The notes: a model not told the origin generated them from the sequence alone. DNA of 64,000 nt from Pirellulales bacterium (GCA_016779265.1 JADHNY010000004.1:5584-69583), one strand, 5' to 3'. Shown: positions 38,590 through 51,653, numbered from the stretch's first letter. Made by a program: numbers and translations.

Positions 38590-40029
38590 ATGCACCGGCT
38601 CTGCACCCACCGATCGTCACTCATGGTGGCTGGCGGAATGGTTGCGTGGCTGACCGCCTGGCTTTTGACGCCACCAGCTCTGGCCCAGGCTCCGGAGATG
38701 TCCGATGTGGCTCCCGAAGAAGTCCGGGAGTCCTGGGAGCGGACCGACTATGGCAGTGGTCCAGACCGTCGCATCCACTTTCCCCGGCTCGAAGACCGCG
38801 ACATCTACACCTACGGCTGGATCGAATACGGCATCGGGGCCAACAACTGGGGAGCTCCCTTCAACGGCCCCGTCACCATGGCCGACCGGGCCTGGCAGGG
38901 CCAGCTCAACCAGCTCTACACGGTGGTGGAGCGAGAGGTCGACGGCAGCGATGGCTGGGACCTCGGCGGACGGGCCGACCTGCTCTTCGGCACCGACTAC
39001 TTCTACACCACTGCCCTCGGCTGGGACGCCCAAAACCTTCAGCCGTCTGGCATTGAAAACATCGCAGCCTGGGACTTCTCCAAAGACTACGGCCTGGCAA
39101 TGCCGCAGCTCTACGCTGACGTGGCCTATCACGACGTGAACCTCCGCTTTGGCCACTTCTACAGCATCCTCGGGTTTGAGCAGGTGCCGGCAATCGGCAA
39201 CTTCTTCTACACCCACTGCTACTCAATGCAGTTCTCGCCCTTCACGTTCACGGGCTTTCTCGGCTCCTGGGCTCCCAATGAGAATGTCACGATCTACAGC
39301 GGGGTGACGACCGGCTGGAACAACTTCTTCGACGGCCAGCCGATGACCGGAGACTTCGCAATCCTCAATCCCGATTATCCCGGAGCCAGCAGCAACGCGA
39401 GCTACCTCGGTGGCGTCGAGTTTGAGAGCAGTGACAAGAAACAGAAACTGGCGATCATGACCACGAGCGGCAACGAGGTGACCACGATCAGCCGCAACCC
39501 AGCCGACGGATCGCTGGTGGGCAACCGCTCCCTGATCAGCACTGTCTACACCAACCGGCTCACGGACAGGCTCGTCTGGGTGTTTCAGAACGACAATGCC
39601 TGGCAGTTCAACGCCAACGTGGCCCCGGGCAACCAAGGCCAGCAGCCGGGCACCGCCCAGTGGTACTCGTTTGTGAACTACCTCTTCTGGGAGTTCACAC
39701 CCGAGTGGCAGGGAGCCGTGCGGCTGGAATACTTCCGCGACAACAACGGCTATATCATCTCCGCCCCGCTGCGAAATGAGAGTCAGCTCGGTAACCCGGG
39801 CTACTGGACCGAAGGCTTCGCGGGCAACTTCTGGGAGCTGACCTTCGGCCTCAACTGGTATCCCAACAACAACTGGATGATCCGCCCCGAGCTCCGCTAC
39901 GACTGGTTCACACCCAACAACGACTCCGTGCCCCTGCCCTACGGCAAGCCACTTGGCCAGGGCATCGACACCGGCGGCAACCAATACGGCCAGTTCTACG
40001 CCGGCTGCGACATGGTCTGGCAGTTCTGA
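38590..40029 (+). CDS. Outer-membrane beta-barrel porin (BBP2 family)
   Basis: QLNQLY; GRADLLFGTD; PQLYADV; GHFYSILGFE; AVRLEYFRD; IRPELRYDW; C-terminal WQF. Confidence 0.85.
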   Translation: MHRLCTHRSSLMVAGGMVAWLTAWLLTPPALAQAPEMSDVAPEEVRESWERTDYGSGPDRRIHFPRLEDRDIYTYGWIEYGIGANNWGAPFNGPVTMADRAWQGQLNQLYTVVEREVDGSDGWDLGGRADLLFGTDYFYTTALGWDAQNLQPSGIENIAAWDFSKDYGLAMPQLYADVAYHDVNLRFGHFYSILGFEQVPAIGNFFYTHCYSMQFSPFTFTGFLGSWAPNENVTIYSGVTTGWNNFFDGQPMTGDFAILNPDYPGASSNASYLGGVEFESSDKKQKLAIMTTSGNEVTTISRNPADGSLVGNRSLISTVYTNRLTDRLVWVFQNDNAWQFNANVAPGNQGQQPGTAQWYSFVNYLFWEFTPEWQGAVRLEYFRDNNGYIISAPLRNESQLGNPGYWTEGFAGNFWELTFGLNWYPNNNWMIRPELRYDWFTPNNDSVPLPYGKPLGQGIDTGGNQYGQFYAGCDMVWQF

Positions 40030-40094
40030 AGCATCGACACAGGGCCTCGACGCATGTGTGCCGAAGGGCAGCATGTCCCTGGAGTTTCCTGAGA

Positions 40095-40571
40095 ATGCGT
40101 GTTCGTACGACTGTTCTTCCGTGTACGTTGGGCTTTGTCGCTTGCCTGGCAGTGATGTTGAGCGGCTGCGGGGGGCCAAGCCGTCCCGCTGTGACCCCCG
40201 CCAAGGGGAAAGTGCTGATCAACGGTGAACCACTCACAGGCCACCTCGGGTTTGTCCGCGTTGAACCCGCAGACAGCAGGGCGGCCACCGGAGAGATCAA
40301 CCAGACTGATGGCACCTTCACGCTGAGCTCGTTTGTTGAGGGCGACGGCTGCGTCCCTGGGACCCATGCGGTCGCAGTCATCGTGAACACCACGATGGGG
40401 GCGGAGCTGATCTCGTTGATCCCGGAGCATTACAGCGACGCCACGACCTCCGGACTGACTGTGACGGTCGGCACAGAACCAGCGGATCTCACCATCGAGC
40501 TCTCCGGACAACTGAAGGCCGCCCAAGGCCCGACAGCCGAGGAACTCGAGGGTGACGACCCTGGCTTTTAA
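40095..40571 (+). CDS. Lipoprotein with carboxypeptidase regulatory-like domain
   Basis: Lipobox LSGC; PAKGKVLINGEPL; ATGEINQTDGTFTLS; GCVPGTHAV; IPEHYSD. Confidence 0.8.
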   Translation: MRVRTTVLPCTLGFVACLAVMLSGCGGPSRPAVTPAKGKVLINGEPLTGHLGFVRVEPADSRAATGEINQTDGTFTLSSFVEGDGCVPGTHAVAVIVNTTMGAELISLIPEHYSDATTSGLTVTVGTEPADLTIELSGQLKAAQGPTAEELEGDDPGF

Positions 40572-40747
40572 CAGCAGCTCTTTCGACATCTGCCTTGCAC
40601 GGCCTGCCGCGAGCGTTGTTCGGAGAGAGCGATTGTCGGATCAGAGTTTGCCGTCCACGTCATAATCTGCGTCAATGGGCTTGATGGGGCCGTGGGGGTT
40701 CGACTTCCTGCAGGCCTGGTACAGGCTCACACAGTGAAGGCGTCTGC

Positions 40748-42151
40748 ATGGACTCCACCTCTTCTTCCGGGCAATCAGCTTCCGGGCAGCGGTCTTCTGG
40801 ACAGCTGAAGCAGGTCCTCGGTACATGGCAGCTCTGGGGGCTGGCTGTTGGCCTGGTGATTTCCGGCGAGTACTTCGGCTGGAGTTACGGCTGGGCTCAA
40901 GCCGGCACGCTGGGGTTTCTCGTGACCACCCTGGTCGTGGCAGTGATGTACACGAGTTTCATCTTCAGTTTCACTGAGCTGACCACAGCCATTCCCGACG
41001 CAGGTGGCCCGTTTGCCTATGCACGGCGTGCCTTTGGGCCGCTCGGCGGAGCGATCGCCGGCTGGGCGACGCTGATCGAGTTTGTATTTGCACCGCCGGC
41101 GATCGCCCTGGCAATTGGTGCCTACGTGGCCGTGCAGTTCCCTGGTCTGGAACCCACCTGGACTGCGGTCGCTGCGTATGCGGTGTTTATGACGCTCAAC
41201 ATTCTTGGCGTCACAATCGCCGCCAACTTCGAACTCTTTGTGACCCTGCTAGCTGTGGGAGAACTGCTGGTCTTCATGGGAGTCGTCGCCCCAGGATTCA
41301 GCTGGGCGAACTTCACCGCTGATGGCTGGGCTGGCAGCGACCATTTCTCCACGGCAGCCATCCCCGGGATTCTCGCCGCCACGCCGTTTGCAATCTGGTT
41401 TTTCCTGGCCATCGAGGGTGTCGCCATGGCCGCCGAAGAAGCCCGTGACCCACACCGCACAATACCTCGGGCCTACATCACAGGCATGCTGACGCTCGTG
41501 GCGCTCGCGTTCGGGGTGATGTTCTTCGCTGGCGGCGTTGGTGAATGGCAACAGCTCGCCAACATCAACGATCCCCTACCACAGGCGATGAAGAAGGTCG
41601 TGGGTGATTCGAGTGGCTGGCTTCACATGCTCGTCTGGCTCGGTCTGTTTGGCCTCGTGGCGTCGTTTCACGGCATCATCATGGGCTACTCCCGACAGAT
41701 CTTCGCGATGGCACGAGCCGGCTACCTTCCCCGCCGCTTATCAACGCTGCATCCCACCCGTGGCACTCCCTGGGTCGCTATCCTCACCGGCGGTGTCGTT
41801 GGGATCGCGGCAATCTTCAGTGATTCGGTCATCGTGCTTGGCGGACAGCCATTGACCGCCAACATCGTCACCATGGCCGTACTCGGTGTGATGGTGATGT
41901 ACATCGCTGCGATGGCAAGCCTGTTTGTGCTCAGGCGACGTGAGCCGGAGCTGCCAAGATCTTTTCCGGCGATCGGCTATCCTTGGGTGCCCGGCATTGC
42001 ATTGGTGCTGGCCGTCTTTTGTCTGGTTACTGTGATCTGGTCAAACCCTGGTGTGAGCCTCGTGTTTGGTGGCTTGATGACGACGGCTGTGGTCGGCCAC
42101 ATGCTCTTCGGCGTGGAGCAGACTCAGTCATCAACCGGTGTACCGCGATGA
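40748..42151 (+). CDS. eat: Ethanolamine permease (APC family)
   Basis: LWGLAVGLVISGEYFGWSYGW; ELTTAIPDAGGPFAY; PFAIWFFLAIEGVAMAAEE; SFHGIIMGYSRQIFA. Confidence 0.93.
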   Translation: MDSTSSSGQSASGQRSSGQLKQVLGTWQLWGLAVGLVISGEYFGWSYGWAQAGTLGFLVTTLVVAVMYTSFIFSFTELTTAIPDAGGPFAYARRAFGPLGGAIAGWATLIEFVFAPPAIALAIGAYVAVQFPGLEPTWTAVAAYAVFMTLNILGVTIAANFELFVTLLAVGELLVFMGVVAPGFSWANFTADGWAGSDHFSTAAIPGILAATPFAIWFFLAIEGVAMAAEEARDPHRTIPRAYITGMLTLVALAFGVMFFAGGVGEWQQLANINDPLPQAMKKVVGDSSGWLHMLVWLGLFGLVASFHGIIMGYSRQIFAMARAGYLPRRLSTLHPTRGTPWVAILTGGVVGIAAIFSDSVIVLGGQPLTANIVTMAVLGVMVMYIAAMASLFVLRRREPELPRSFPAIGYPWVPGIALVLAVFCLVTVIWSNPGVSLVFGGLMTTAVVGHMLFGVEQTQSSTGVPR

Positions 42152-43524
42152 GCTATCAGCACACGCTTGATGGTCGCGTCTGGCACTTTGACAACCTCGC
42201 GACGCTGCTCGCCAAGGCATCTCCGTATCGTTCAGGTGATGTGCTCGCCGGCGTTGCGGCAGAGTCACCGGTGGAACGGACGGCTGCCAAGATGGCGCTG
42301 GCGGAGGTGTCTCTCTCCCGCTTCCTCGCAGAACCCGTCGTGCCAGCAGAACTGGACGAGGTCACTCGGCTGATTCTCGACAGCCACGATGCCAAGGCTT
42401 TTCAGCCGGTTGCACATCTGACCGTCGGCGATTTTCGCGACTGGCTCTTAGGTGAGTTGGCAGACGAAGCCACGCTCACCGCGATCGGAGCTGGCCTGAC
42501 ACCAGAGATGGCCGCTGCCGTCAGCAAGCTGATGCGGAATCAAGACCTGATCAGTGTGGCCCGCAAGTGCCGCGTGGTCACCCGCTTTCGCAACACGATT
42601 GGGCTGCCTGGCACTCTGGCGATGCGACTGCAGCCCAACCATCCTGCAGACGACCTGGGTGGAATCCTCGCTGGCGTGCTCGATGGACTGATGTATGGCT
42701 GTGGAGATGCGGTGATCGGAGTGAATCCTGTCAGCGACGACATGACCACCTTGGCCACACTGCTGCGAGGGCTCGATGAGGTGATCGACCGCTTTGAGAT
42801 CCCAACACAGTCCTGCGTGCTGGCGCATGTCACCAGTCAGCTGGAGGCAATCGAGGCGGGCTTGCCAGTCGACCTTGTTTTTCAGTCGATCGGGGGCACT
42901 GAAGCAACCAATCAGAGCTTCGGCATAACGCTTTCGTTGTTGCGGGAAGCCCGCGAGGCAGCGATGGCTCTCGGCCGCGGCACGATCGGCAGCAACGTCA
43001 TGTATTTCGAGACAGGACAGGGCTCAGCTCTCTCCGCTGATGCGCATCATGGCGTGGACCAGCAGACACTCGAGGCCCGAGCTTACGGGGTTGCCCGAGC
43101 CTTTGATCCGCTGATCTGCAACACCGTTGTGGGCTTTATCGGTCCGGAGTATCTCCACAATGGCAAGCAGATCATCCGGGCTGGCTTAGAGGATCACTTC
43201 TGCGGCAAACTGCTCGGCCTGCCGATCGGCTGCGACGCCTGCTACACCAACCATGCCGAGGCCGACGCCGACGACATGGACACCTTGATGACGCTTCTTG
43301 CCGCAGCGGGTGTGACCTTCTTGATCGGTGTGCCAGGTGCTGATGATGTGATGCTTGGCTACCAGAGCCTCTCCTTCCACGACGCGCTCTATCTCCGCGA
43401 GGTCTTCGGCCTGCGGCGTGCTCCCGAGTTTGAGGCCTGGCTAGCCACCATGGAACTCGCCGACGAGCGAGGCCGATTGCTTCCTGTTTCCCCTCGACAT
43501 CCTCTGCTCACGCTCCAGGGATAG
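42148..43524 (+). CDS. eutB: Ethanolamine ammonia-lyase large subunit
   Basis: LLAKASPYRSGDVLAG; RLQPNHP; GDAVIGVNP; YFETGQGSALS; NTVVGFIGPEYL; GADDVMLGYQS. Start ATG 42148 overlaps the eat stop. Confidence 0.96.
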   Translation: MSYQHTLDGRVWHFDNLATLLAKASPYRSGDVLAGVAAESPVERTAAKMALAEVSLSRFLAEPVVPAELDEVTRLILDSHDAKAFQPVAHLTVGDFRDWLLGELADEATLTAIGAGLTPEMAAAVSKLMRNQDLISVARKCRVVTRFRNTIGLPGTLAMRLQPNHPADDLGGILAGVLDGLMYGCGDAVIGVNPVSDDMTTLATLLRGLDEVIDRFEIPTQSCVLAHVTSQLEAIEAGLPVDLVFQSIGGTEATNQSFGITLSLLREAREAAMALGRGTIGSNVMYFETGQGSALSADAHHGVDQQTLEARAYGVARAFDPLICNTVVGFIGPEYLHNGKQIIRAGLEDHFCGKLLGLPIGCDACYTNHAEADADDMDTLMTLLAAAGVTFLIGVPGADDVMLGYQSLSFHDALYLREVFGLRRAPEFEAWLATMELADERGRLLPVSPRHPLLTLQG

Positions 43525-43549
43525 ACCCTGCCTCTTACAGACACCACTC

Positions 43550-44395
43550 GTGACCAACGACATCGATTCCTCCCTTGAGCCTCCCGCACCGAAGCCACCA
43601 ACCGTGGTGCACGACCACTGGATAGGCCTGCGGTCGCTCACGCCGTCACGGATCGCCCTTGGCCGTGCCGGGCATGCGGTTCCCACCCGAGAGCTTCTAC
43701 GGGCAGATGCAGCGCATGCCCGGGCCCGTGCAGCAGTTCATGCCCCTCTCGAGGTCGCGTCGCTGCGAGCGGAGCTGGAGGCAGTTCCCGGGCTGGCCCC
43801 CCCGTTGGAAGTTCGCTCCGCGGCGTCAACCCGCGACCACTACCTGCTGCGGCCAGACCTGGGCCGTCGACTGTCTGCCGAGAGCCGACAACAGCTCCGT
43901 GACGTCAGCTCAGCCCCAGCCGCCTGCGACCTACTTCTGGTGATCGGGGATGGGCTCTCAACCTCCGCTGTGCAGCGGCATGCAGTGGCCGTTGTCACCG
44001 CGATCACTGCCGCTCGTCCAGCCAACTGGTCACTTGGGCCTCCTGTGATCGCCACCGAGGCGCGGGTCGCCCTGGGCGATGAGATCGGCAAGCTGCTTCG
44101 CGGCCAGCTGGTGGCCATGCTGATCGGTGAACGCCCAGGCCTTTCCTGCCAAGAGAGTCTCGGCATCTATCTCACCTGGCAGCCACAGCCCGGTCGCACC
44201 GATGCCGAGCGAAACTGCCTCTCCAACATTCACCCCGGTGGCCTCTCCCCCAGCGACGCCGCCAGCCGCCTCTGGTGGCTGGCGACGGAGGCTCGTCGAC
44301 TGGCTACCACCGGCGTGGCCCTCAAGGACCGCAGCAGCTCGTTTGCTCTTGCCAACGCCTCCACAGAACGGATCACTCCGCCAACAGCTCAATGA
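43550..44395 (+). CDS. eutC: Ethanolamine ammonia-lyase small subunit
   Basis: TPSRIALGRAG; YLLRPDLGRRL; DGLS; RVALGDEIG; LIGERPGLS; RNCLSNI. Confidence 0.95.
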   Translation: MTNDIDSSLEPPAPKPPTVVHDHWIGLRSLTPSRIALGRAGHAVPTRELLRADAAHARARAAVHAPLEVASLRAELEAVPGLAPPLEVRSAASTRDHYLLRPDLGRRLSAESRQQLRDVSSAPAACDLLLVIGDGLSTSAVQRHAVAVVTAITAARPANWSLGPPVIATEARVALGDEIGKLLRGQLVAMLIGERPGLSCQESLGIYLTWQPQPGRTDAERNCLSNIHPGGLSPSDAASRLWWLATEARRLATTGVALKDRSSSFALANASTERITPPTAQ

Positions 44396-45482
44396 TTCGC
44401 TCGGTCATCCACTGATCCCCCGTGGCTCCTTGCCATTTCAGTTCCCCAGGCCAGAAGTAGCGAAGACGTCCTTGCTTGTCGACCAGGTAGACCGAGGGCC
44501 ACATCGAGTTTCCCCAGGCATTCCAGTTGGTCTTCTTCACGTCGATCAACACGGGAAACGTGAAGCCTGCTTCTTCGGCCCGCTGACGGACATGGGCGAG
44601 TTCCTCTTCTGCTGAGGTCTCGGGAGTGTGGATCCCCAAAATCACAACATCACGCGCTGCAAACTTGGTCGACCAGTCGAGGTAGACCGGATAGTTGTGA
44701 ATGCAGTTAATACATCCACAGGCGTAAAAGTGAACCACCACCACCTTCCCAGCCAGTTCTTTAAGACTCAGTGGAGCTGTGTTTATCCATTCGCCTGAGT
44801 CAATCAGCTCGGGGGCTTTATAGGTCGGCTGCCCGAGAGCACTGAGGTCAAAGTCGCGTCCCAATGCCCGCTGCCATGCCGTGATCTGACGTTGCGTGAG
44901 CGCCGCCTGCATCGCGAGGCGTTCCTTTTCCTTCGCCGTCGCGTACGCCTTCTCAAGCAGGCCCCTTGGCTCGCCGGCTGCCAGTCGTTTTTGCAATGCT
45001 GCGGCGGTTTCGGTGGCCGTATCCGCAGCCTGCTGCAGCTTGGCTCTCTGGTCTTCAGTGTAGTCGAGCAGTGCTCTCCCATCCGCAGACAGGAGAGCTG
45101 CCGAACCTTGACACCTCCGTCGTAGTTCCATCAGCCGTGACAGCTGCCGCTCCGTCAGAACTTTTTTGAGCTCATCAACCAGGCCAGTCAGAAGCGTTTC
45201 AACCTCCTGACCAACTCGGTCTGACGGATGGTTGCGAAGCGGGAAGAACTTGCCGTCATAGGTATCGAGCAGAAGTTCAAGGCTCTGAGCCTGATCACCA
45301 GCAATCCTCAGTTCTCGGAGAACTGGAGGCTCGTGCAGCAGTGACCACAAGGGATCTGCACCATAAAACGGATCAGCTGCTGTGGCCGCGGAAAGCCCTC
45401 CGGCCATCCACAGCCCTGCAAGCATGACCAGCGCTCTTTGCACCATCGCAGTCACCTCTCGTCGTCGGGTCGCTGTGTTCAC
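44373..45482 (-). CDS. Periplasmic redoxin (thioredoxin-fold) protein with helical N-terminal region
   Basis: Signal peptide; EWINTAPLSLKELAGKVVVVHFYACGCINC; GIHTPE; WPSVYLVDKQG. Alternative start ATG 45446. Confidence 0.85.
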   Translation of the reverse strand: MNTATRRREVTAMVQRALVMLAGLWMAGGLSAATAADPFYGADPLWSLLHEPPVLRELRIAGDQAQSLELLLDTYDGKFFPLRNHPSDRVGQEVETLLTGLVDELKKVLTERQLSRLMELRRRCQGSAALLSADGRALLDYTEDQRAKLQQAADTATETAAALQKRLAAGEPRGLLEKAYATAKEKERLAMQAALTQRQITAWQRALGRDFDLSALGQPTYKAPELIDSGEWINTAPLSLKELAGKVVVVHFYACGCINCIHNYPVYLDWSTKFAARDVVILGIHTPETSAEEELAHVRQRAEEAGFTFPVLIDVKKTNWNAWGNSMWPSVYLVDKQGRLRYFWPGELKWQGATGDQWMTERIIELLAE

Positions 45483-45514
45483 TCAGGCACACCTCACTCG
45501 AAAAGAAATGGTAA

Positions 45515-47824
<2,310 letters not shown>

Positions 47825-48075
47825 GGACTTCGGTGGCTCAGCTGCGAAGCCGAAGTTCTCAGCACCGAGGGGCGTGACCCACACCGACAGCAACGACAAC
47901 GAGCCAGTCCTCATAGCCGAACCGGCTTCCACCGCAGATCCACCCGGCTCGGCATCAGGTCTTTCGTCAGAATTTTCCAGAGCCCCATTTCTGCCACCTC
48001 AAGACACTTGCTACCTGAGCCGGAAAGAGACACGCTGAGCCAACATGAATCCGTGCCGTTTATACCGGCATCCCC

Positions 48076-49728
48076 ATGGAGTATCCCATGCGATTGCTCT
48101 CCATACTGATCACGTCAGTTGTCTGCACGGCTACGGTTCTCACCGGCGCACTCGCAACGGCTGTCGAGCGACCAAACATCGTCTTCATCCTGGCAGATGA
48201 CCTTGGCTACGGTGATATCGAGGCATTCGGGGGCGATCTCTGCAATGTCGACACTCCTCACTTCGATGCACTCTGCGCCCAGGGCATGAAGTTCACCAAC
48301 GCCCACGTGACCAACTCCGTCTGCGTACCCAGCCGCACGTCGATCATGACTGGTCGATATGCCTTGCGGTTTGCCCCACCAGCCCAAGGGGGCCCCTGGG
48401 GCTTCCTTGGCCTGCAGTTCCCCACCACGCAGTTCACCCTCGGACGGATGCTGAAGCAGGCTGGCTTCACAACGGGCTACGTTGGCAAGTGGCACCTCGG
48501 CACACAGATGGCAACCCGTGATGGCGGCATTCAGAACGCCGCAAACACCGACTTCACCAAGCCCCTTGAGGTTGGCCCACGTGACTATGGATTTGACGAG
48601 AGTTTTATTCTGCCCGGCTCTCTCGACATGTTTCCCTACGCGTTCATCCACAATCACCAGTGGGTTGGCGATGTGACAGCGGAGAAAGGCTGGAGCGCCT
48701 TCAACCGACGTGGGCCGGCGGCTGAAGACTTCGAAGACGTCAACGTACTCGACACCTTCTGTAGCCAGGCCGAGCACTTCATCACCACGCAGGCCACAGT
48801 CGACACGCCCTTTTTCCTCTACGTTGCCCTCACCGCCCCCCACACTCCCACCTCCCCCTCACAAGAGTTCGAAGGCAAAAGCCGCATCGGCCTCTATGGC
48901 GACTTTGTGATGAATGCCGACGCCTGCATTGGCCGCGTGGTGGAGGCGTTGAAGAAAAACGGGCTCACTGAAAACACTTTGGTGATTGCCTCTTCTGATC
49001 ACGGTCCCGGTCACTACTCGGGCCGGCTGCGGAAGGCGACCGCCAACCAGATGCAGGAGATGGAGAAAGACGGTCATCGCCCCAACGGCCCTTGGCGAGG
49101 CTACAAGTTCTCCGTCTTTGAAGGTGGAACACGTGTGCCCTTCGCTGCCAAGTGGCCTGGCGTCGTACAGCCAGGGAGTACATCCGACGCCCTGATCGGT
49201 CTTCAGGATCTGATGGCCACCACCGCCGAGATTGCCGGCGTTGCTCTGGCAACCGACCAGGCCCCCGACTCGGTCAGTTTCCTGCCACTCATCAAAGACG
49301 CGACCGCACCGCCACCTCGCACATCGATGGTGATCCAGGGCACTCGCGGCAGCAGTCTTCGCGATGGTGACTGGAAACTCGTGCTCTGCCCGGGTAGCGG
49401 GAGCGCAGGCCCGTTCTTCACTGAGCCGGAAGCTGACGCCGCATGGCGATCAGCAGTCAAAGCCTTCGGCCGCAAGCCAATGTCCGCCGACGAACTTGAG
49501 CAGCCTCCGTTTCTGCAGCTGTTCAACCTTGCGAAAGATCCCGGTGAAACCACCAACCTGGCCGCGGCTCATCCAGAACGAATCCGCGAGATGATCGCTA
49601 CCTACCGAGAGATCCTTGAGAGCGGCCGCAGCACCCCCGGCCCCACGCTTCCAAATGGCCGGAAACTCAACGTGTTTCAACCCGTTCCATCTTTCGTCTG
49701 GGCAGAGACTGATGGGCGTTCGCCCTAG
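48076..49728 (+). CDS. Arylsulfatase (Cys-type)
   Basis: PNIVFILADDLGYGD; CVPSRTSIMTG; GKWHLG; SSDHG; YKFSVFEGGTRVP. Confidence 0.93.
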   Translation: MEYPMRLLSILITSVVCTATVLTGALATAVERPNIVFILADDLGYGDIEAFGGDLCNVDTPHFDALCAQGMKFTNAHVTNSVCVPSRTSIMTGRYALRFAPPAQGGPWGFLGLQFPTTQFTLGRMLKQAGFTTGYVGKWHLGTQMATRDGGIQNAANTDFTKPLEVGPRDYGFDESFILPGSLDMFPYAFIHNHQWVGDVTAEKGWSAFNRRGPAAEDFEDVNVLDTFCSQAEHFITTQATVDTPFFLYVALTAPHTPTSPSQEFEGKSRIGLYGDFVMNADACIGRVVEALKKNGLTENTLVIASSDHGPGHYSGRLRKATANQMQEMEKDGHRPNGPWRGYKFSVFEGGTRVPFAAKWPGVVQPGSTSDALIGLQDLMATTAEIAGVALATDQAPDSVSFLPLIKDATAPPPRTSMVIQGTRGSSLRDGDWKLVLCPGSGSAGPFFTEPEADAAWRSAVKAFGRKPMSADELEQPPFLQLFNLAKDPGETTNLAAAHPERIREMIATYREILESGRSTPGPTLPNGRKLNVFQPVPSFVWAETDGRSP

Positions 49729-49872
49729 CGTTCACATGCTGAACACGAACAGGGCAGCCGAGAGTGTGACAAGGACACGACTCATCACCCCTCCAGTGTC
49801 GTCGTGACCGTCGTTGGGTAGACTCGTGGTTTCGGGGACTAGGCACCGTTTGTGAAGAGAAGGACTTGGGGT

Positions 49873-51588
49873 ATGCACCGCACACGTCGCGCGATTCTGG
49901 CCAGTTTTGTTATTGCCACCATCACGGCGGCACCACTGCTCCAGGCAGCAGACACCGGCCCACAGCCACCTGCCTCGCAGCCAAATGTTGTCTGGCTCTC
50001 GGTTGAAGACATGAGCCCTTGGCTGGCTGCGTACGGTGATGAGACGGTGGCAACGCCTCATCTCAATCAGCTCGCCGCCGAGGGCGTGGTCTACGACAAC
50101 GCTTTTGCCACGTCGCCCGTCTGTGCACCGGCTCGCTCATCCCTGATCACCGGCATGTTCTGCACCCGCATCGGCACGATGCAGATGCGGAACAACTCGC
50201 CAAGCCCAGCGGCCGTCGAGAAAAACCCCGAGGCCTACCGCGAGATTCCCGGCTATGAAGGCCTGCCGCCAGCCTTCGTTCGCTGCTTTCCCGAGCACCT
50301 GCGGGCGGCAGGCTACTACTGCACCAACAACTCCAAGAAGGACTATCAGTTCAAGGAGCCGGTCACGGTCTGGGACGAGAGCAGTCGGAACGCTCACTGG
50401 AAAAACCGAGCTGACGGCCAGCCCTTTTTTGCCGTCTTCAACCATACAGGTACCCATGAGAGCCAGACCTTTCCAGATACCAAACCAGCTCCACGTGTGC
50501 TTGCTCCAGAAGACGCTCCCCTCCCTCCCTTTTATCCCGACACGCCTGCCGTCCGTGAGGCCGTCGCTCGCACCTACGACAACATCGTTCGAATGGACAA
50601 CTGGGTGGGGAAGCAGATGGCCGAACTCAAGGAAGCCGGGCTCCTCGAGACCACGATCGTGATCTTCTTTAGCGACCACGGCGTCGGCCTACCTCGCGGG
50701 AAACGTTCCTGCTTCGACACCGGCACACGCGTCCCCCTGATCGTGCGATATCCCGATGGCCGCGATGCGGGAACCCGTGAAGACCGCGTGGTGAGCTTCA
50801 TCGATTTCGGGCCTTCGGTTCTCTCTCTGGCAGGCATCCAGCCCGACAGCCGTCTTGATGGCACGCCCTTCCTCGGCACCTTTGCCACCGAGCGTGACGA
50901 CTATCGAAATGGCCACGCCTACGCCAATGCAGACCGCTTCGACGCGGTCTATGACCGGGCTCGTACCGTTTCCAATGGTCGCTACCGCTACACACGCAAC
51001 TTCATCACCGATCTCCCCTATCTGATTCGCAACGCCTACCGCGAGCGAATCCCCATGACCTTTGATCTCTATGCCCTGGAAGAGACTGGCCCGAAGACTC
51101 CGGCGCAGTGGCAGATGGCCGCCAAAAGCCGACCGGCCGAAGAGTTCTATGATGCCGAAGCAGACCCATGGGAAGTGGTCAACCTGATCGATGCTCCGGA
51201 GCACCAGGAACAGATCGCCGCCATGCGCAAGCACCTCGATGCGTGGATCGAGGCCACTGGCGACCTTGGCTTTGTCCTTCCGGAGACCACACTCGTCCGC
51301 CAGCACATCTGGCCACCGGAAGGCGTGCAGCCCACCACACCAACTGCCGAGATCAGCGACACCGCGGTACAAAAGGATGGCCGCACCGCCTTTGCCGTGA
51401 GTCTCACCTGCGAAGATCCAGCCGCGTCGATCGGCTACCGCCTCAGCACCAGCAAGAACTCCAAGGGACCGTGGCAGGTCTATACAGGTCCCTTTGAAAC
51501 AACTGGTGAGCAGCGGTTTCTGGAAGTGCAGACCCATCGGATCGGACATCTGCCCGCAACGACCGGTGCGTTGCTCGGGGGTGAGTAG
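49873..51588 (+). CDS. Sulfatase (Cys-type) with C-terminal Fn3-associated/CHB_HEX_C-like domain
   Basis: PNVVWLSVED; CAPARSSLITG; FSDHG; RGKR; C-terminal ASIGYRL...WQVYTGP. Confidence 0.9.
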   Translation: MHRTRRAILASFVIATITAAPLLQAADTGPQPPASQPNVVWLSVEDMSPWLAAYGDETVATPHLNQLAAEGVVYDNAFATSPVCAPARSSLITGMFCTRIGTMQMRNNSPSPAAVEKNPEAYREIPGYEGLPPAFVRCFPEHLRAAGYYCTNNSKKDYQFKEPVTVWDESSRNAHWKNRADGQPFFAVFNHTGTHESQTFPDTKPAPRVLAPEDAPLPPFYPDTPAVREAVARTYDNIVRMDNWVGKQMAELKEAGLLETTIVIFFSDHGVGLPRGKRSCFDTGTRVPLIVRYPDGRDAGTREDRVVSFIDFGPSVLSLAGIQPDSRLDGTPFLGTFATERDDYRNGHAYANADRFDAVYDRARTVSNGRYRYTRNFITDLPYLIRNAYRERIPMTFDLYALEETGPKTPAQWQMAAKSRPAEEFYDAEADPWEVVNLIDAPEHQEQIAAMRKHLDAWIEATGDLGFVLPETTLVRQHIWPPEGVQPTTPTAEISDTAVQKDGRTAFAVSLTCEDPAASIGYRLSTSKNSKGPWQVYTGPFETTGEQRFLEVQTHRIGHLPATTGALLGGE

Positions 51589-51653
51589 CAGGACTTCGAG
51601 TTCTGTTGTGAGTTGGCATATTTTGCTCGGCACCGCTCCGGAGTCGCGTCAGC

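Noticed and set aside
40690-40712. GGGGGTTCGACTTCC, resembling a tRNA T-arm
   Set aside because: The T-stem does not pair in register and there is no acceptor, D or anticodon arm.
40572-40747. Cobalamin riboswitch or sigma54 promoter upstream of eat-eutBC
   Set aside because: No B12-box motifs; GG/GC pairs lack the N10 spacing.
47825-48075. Hairpins after katG (ACTTCGG/CCGAAGT; GCCGAACCGG/CCGGCTCGGC) as an ncRNA
   Set aside because: Most simply explained as terminator or stability stems; there is no recognisable RNA family.
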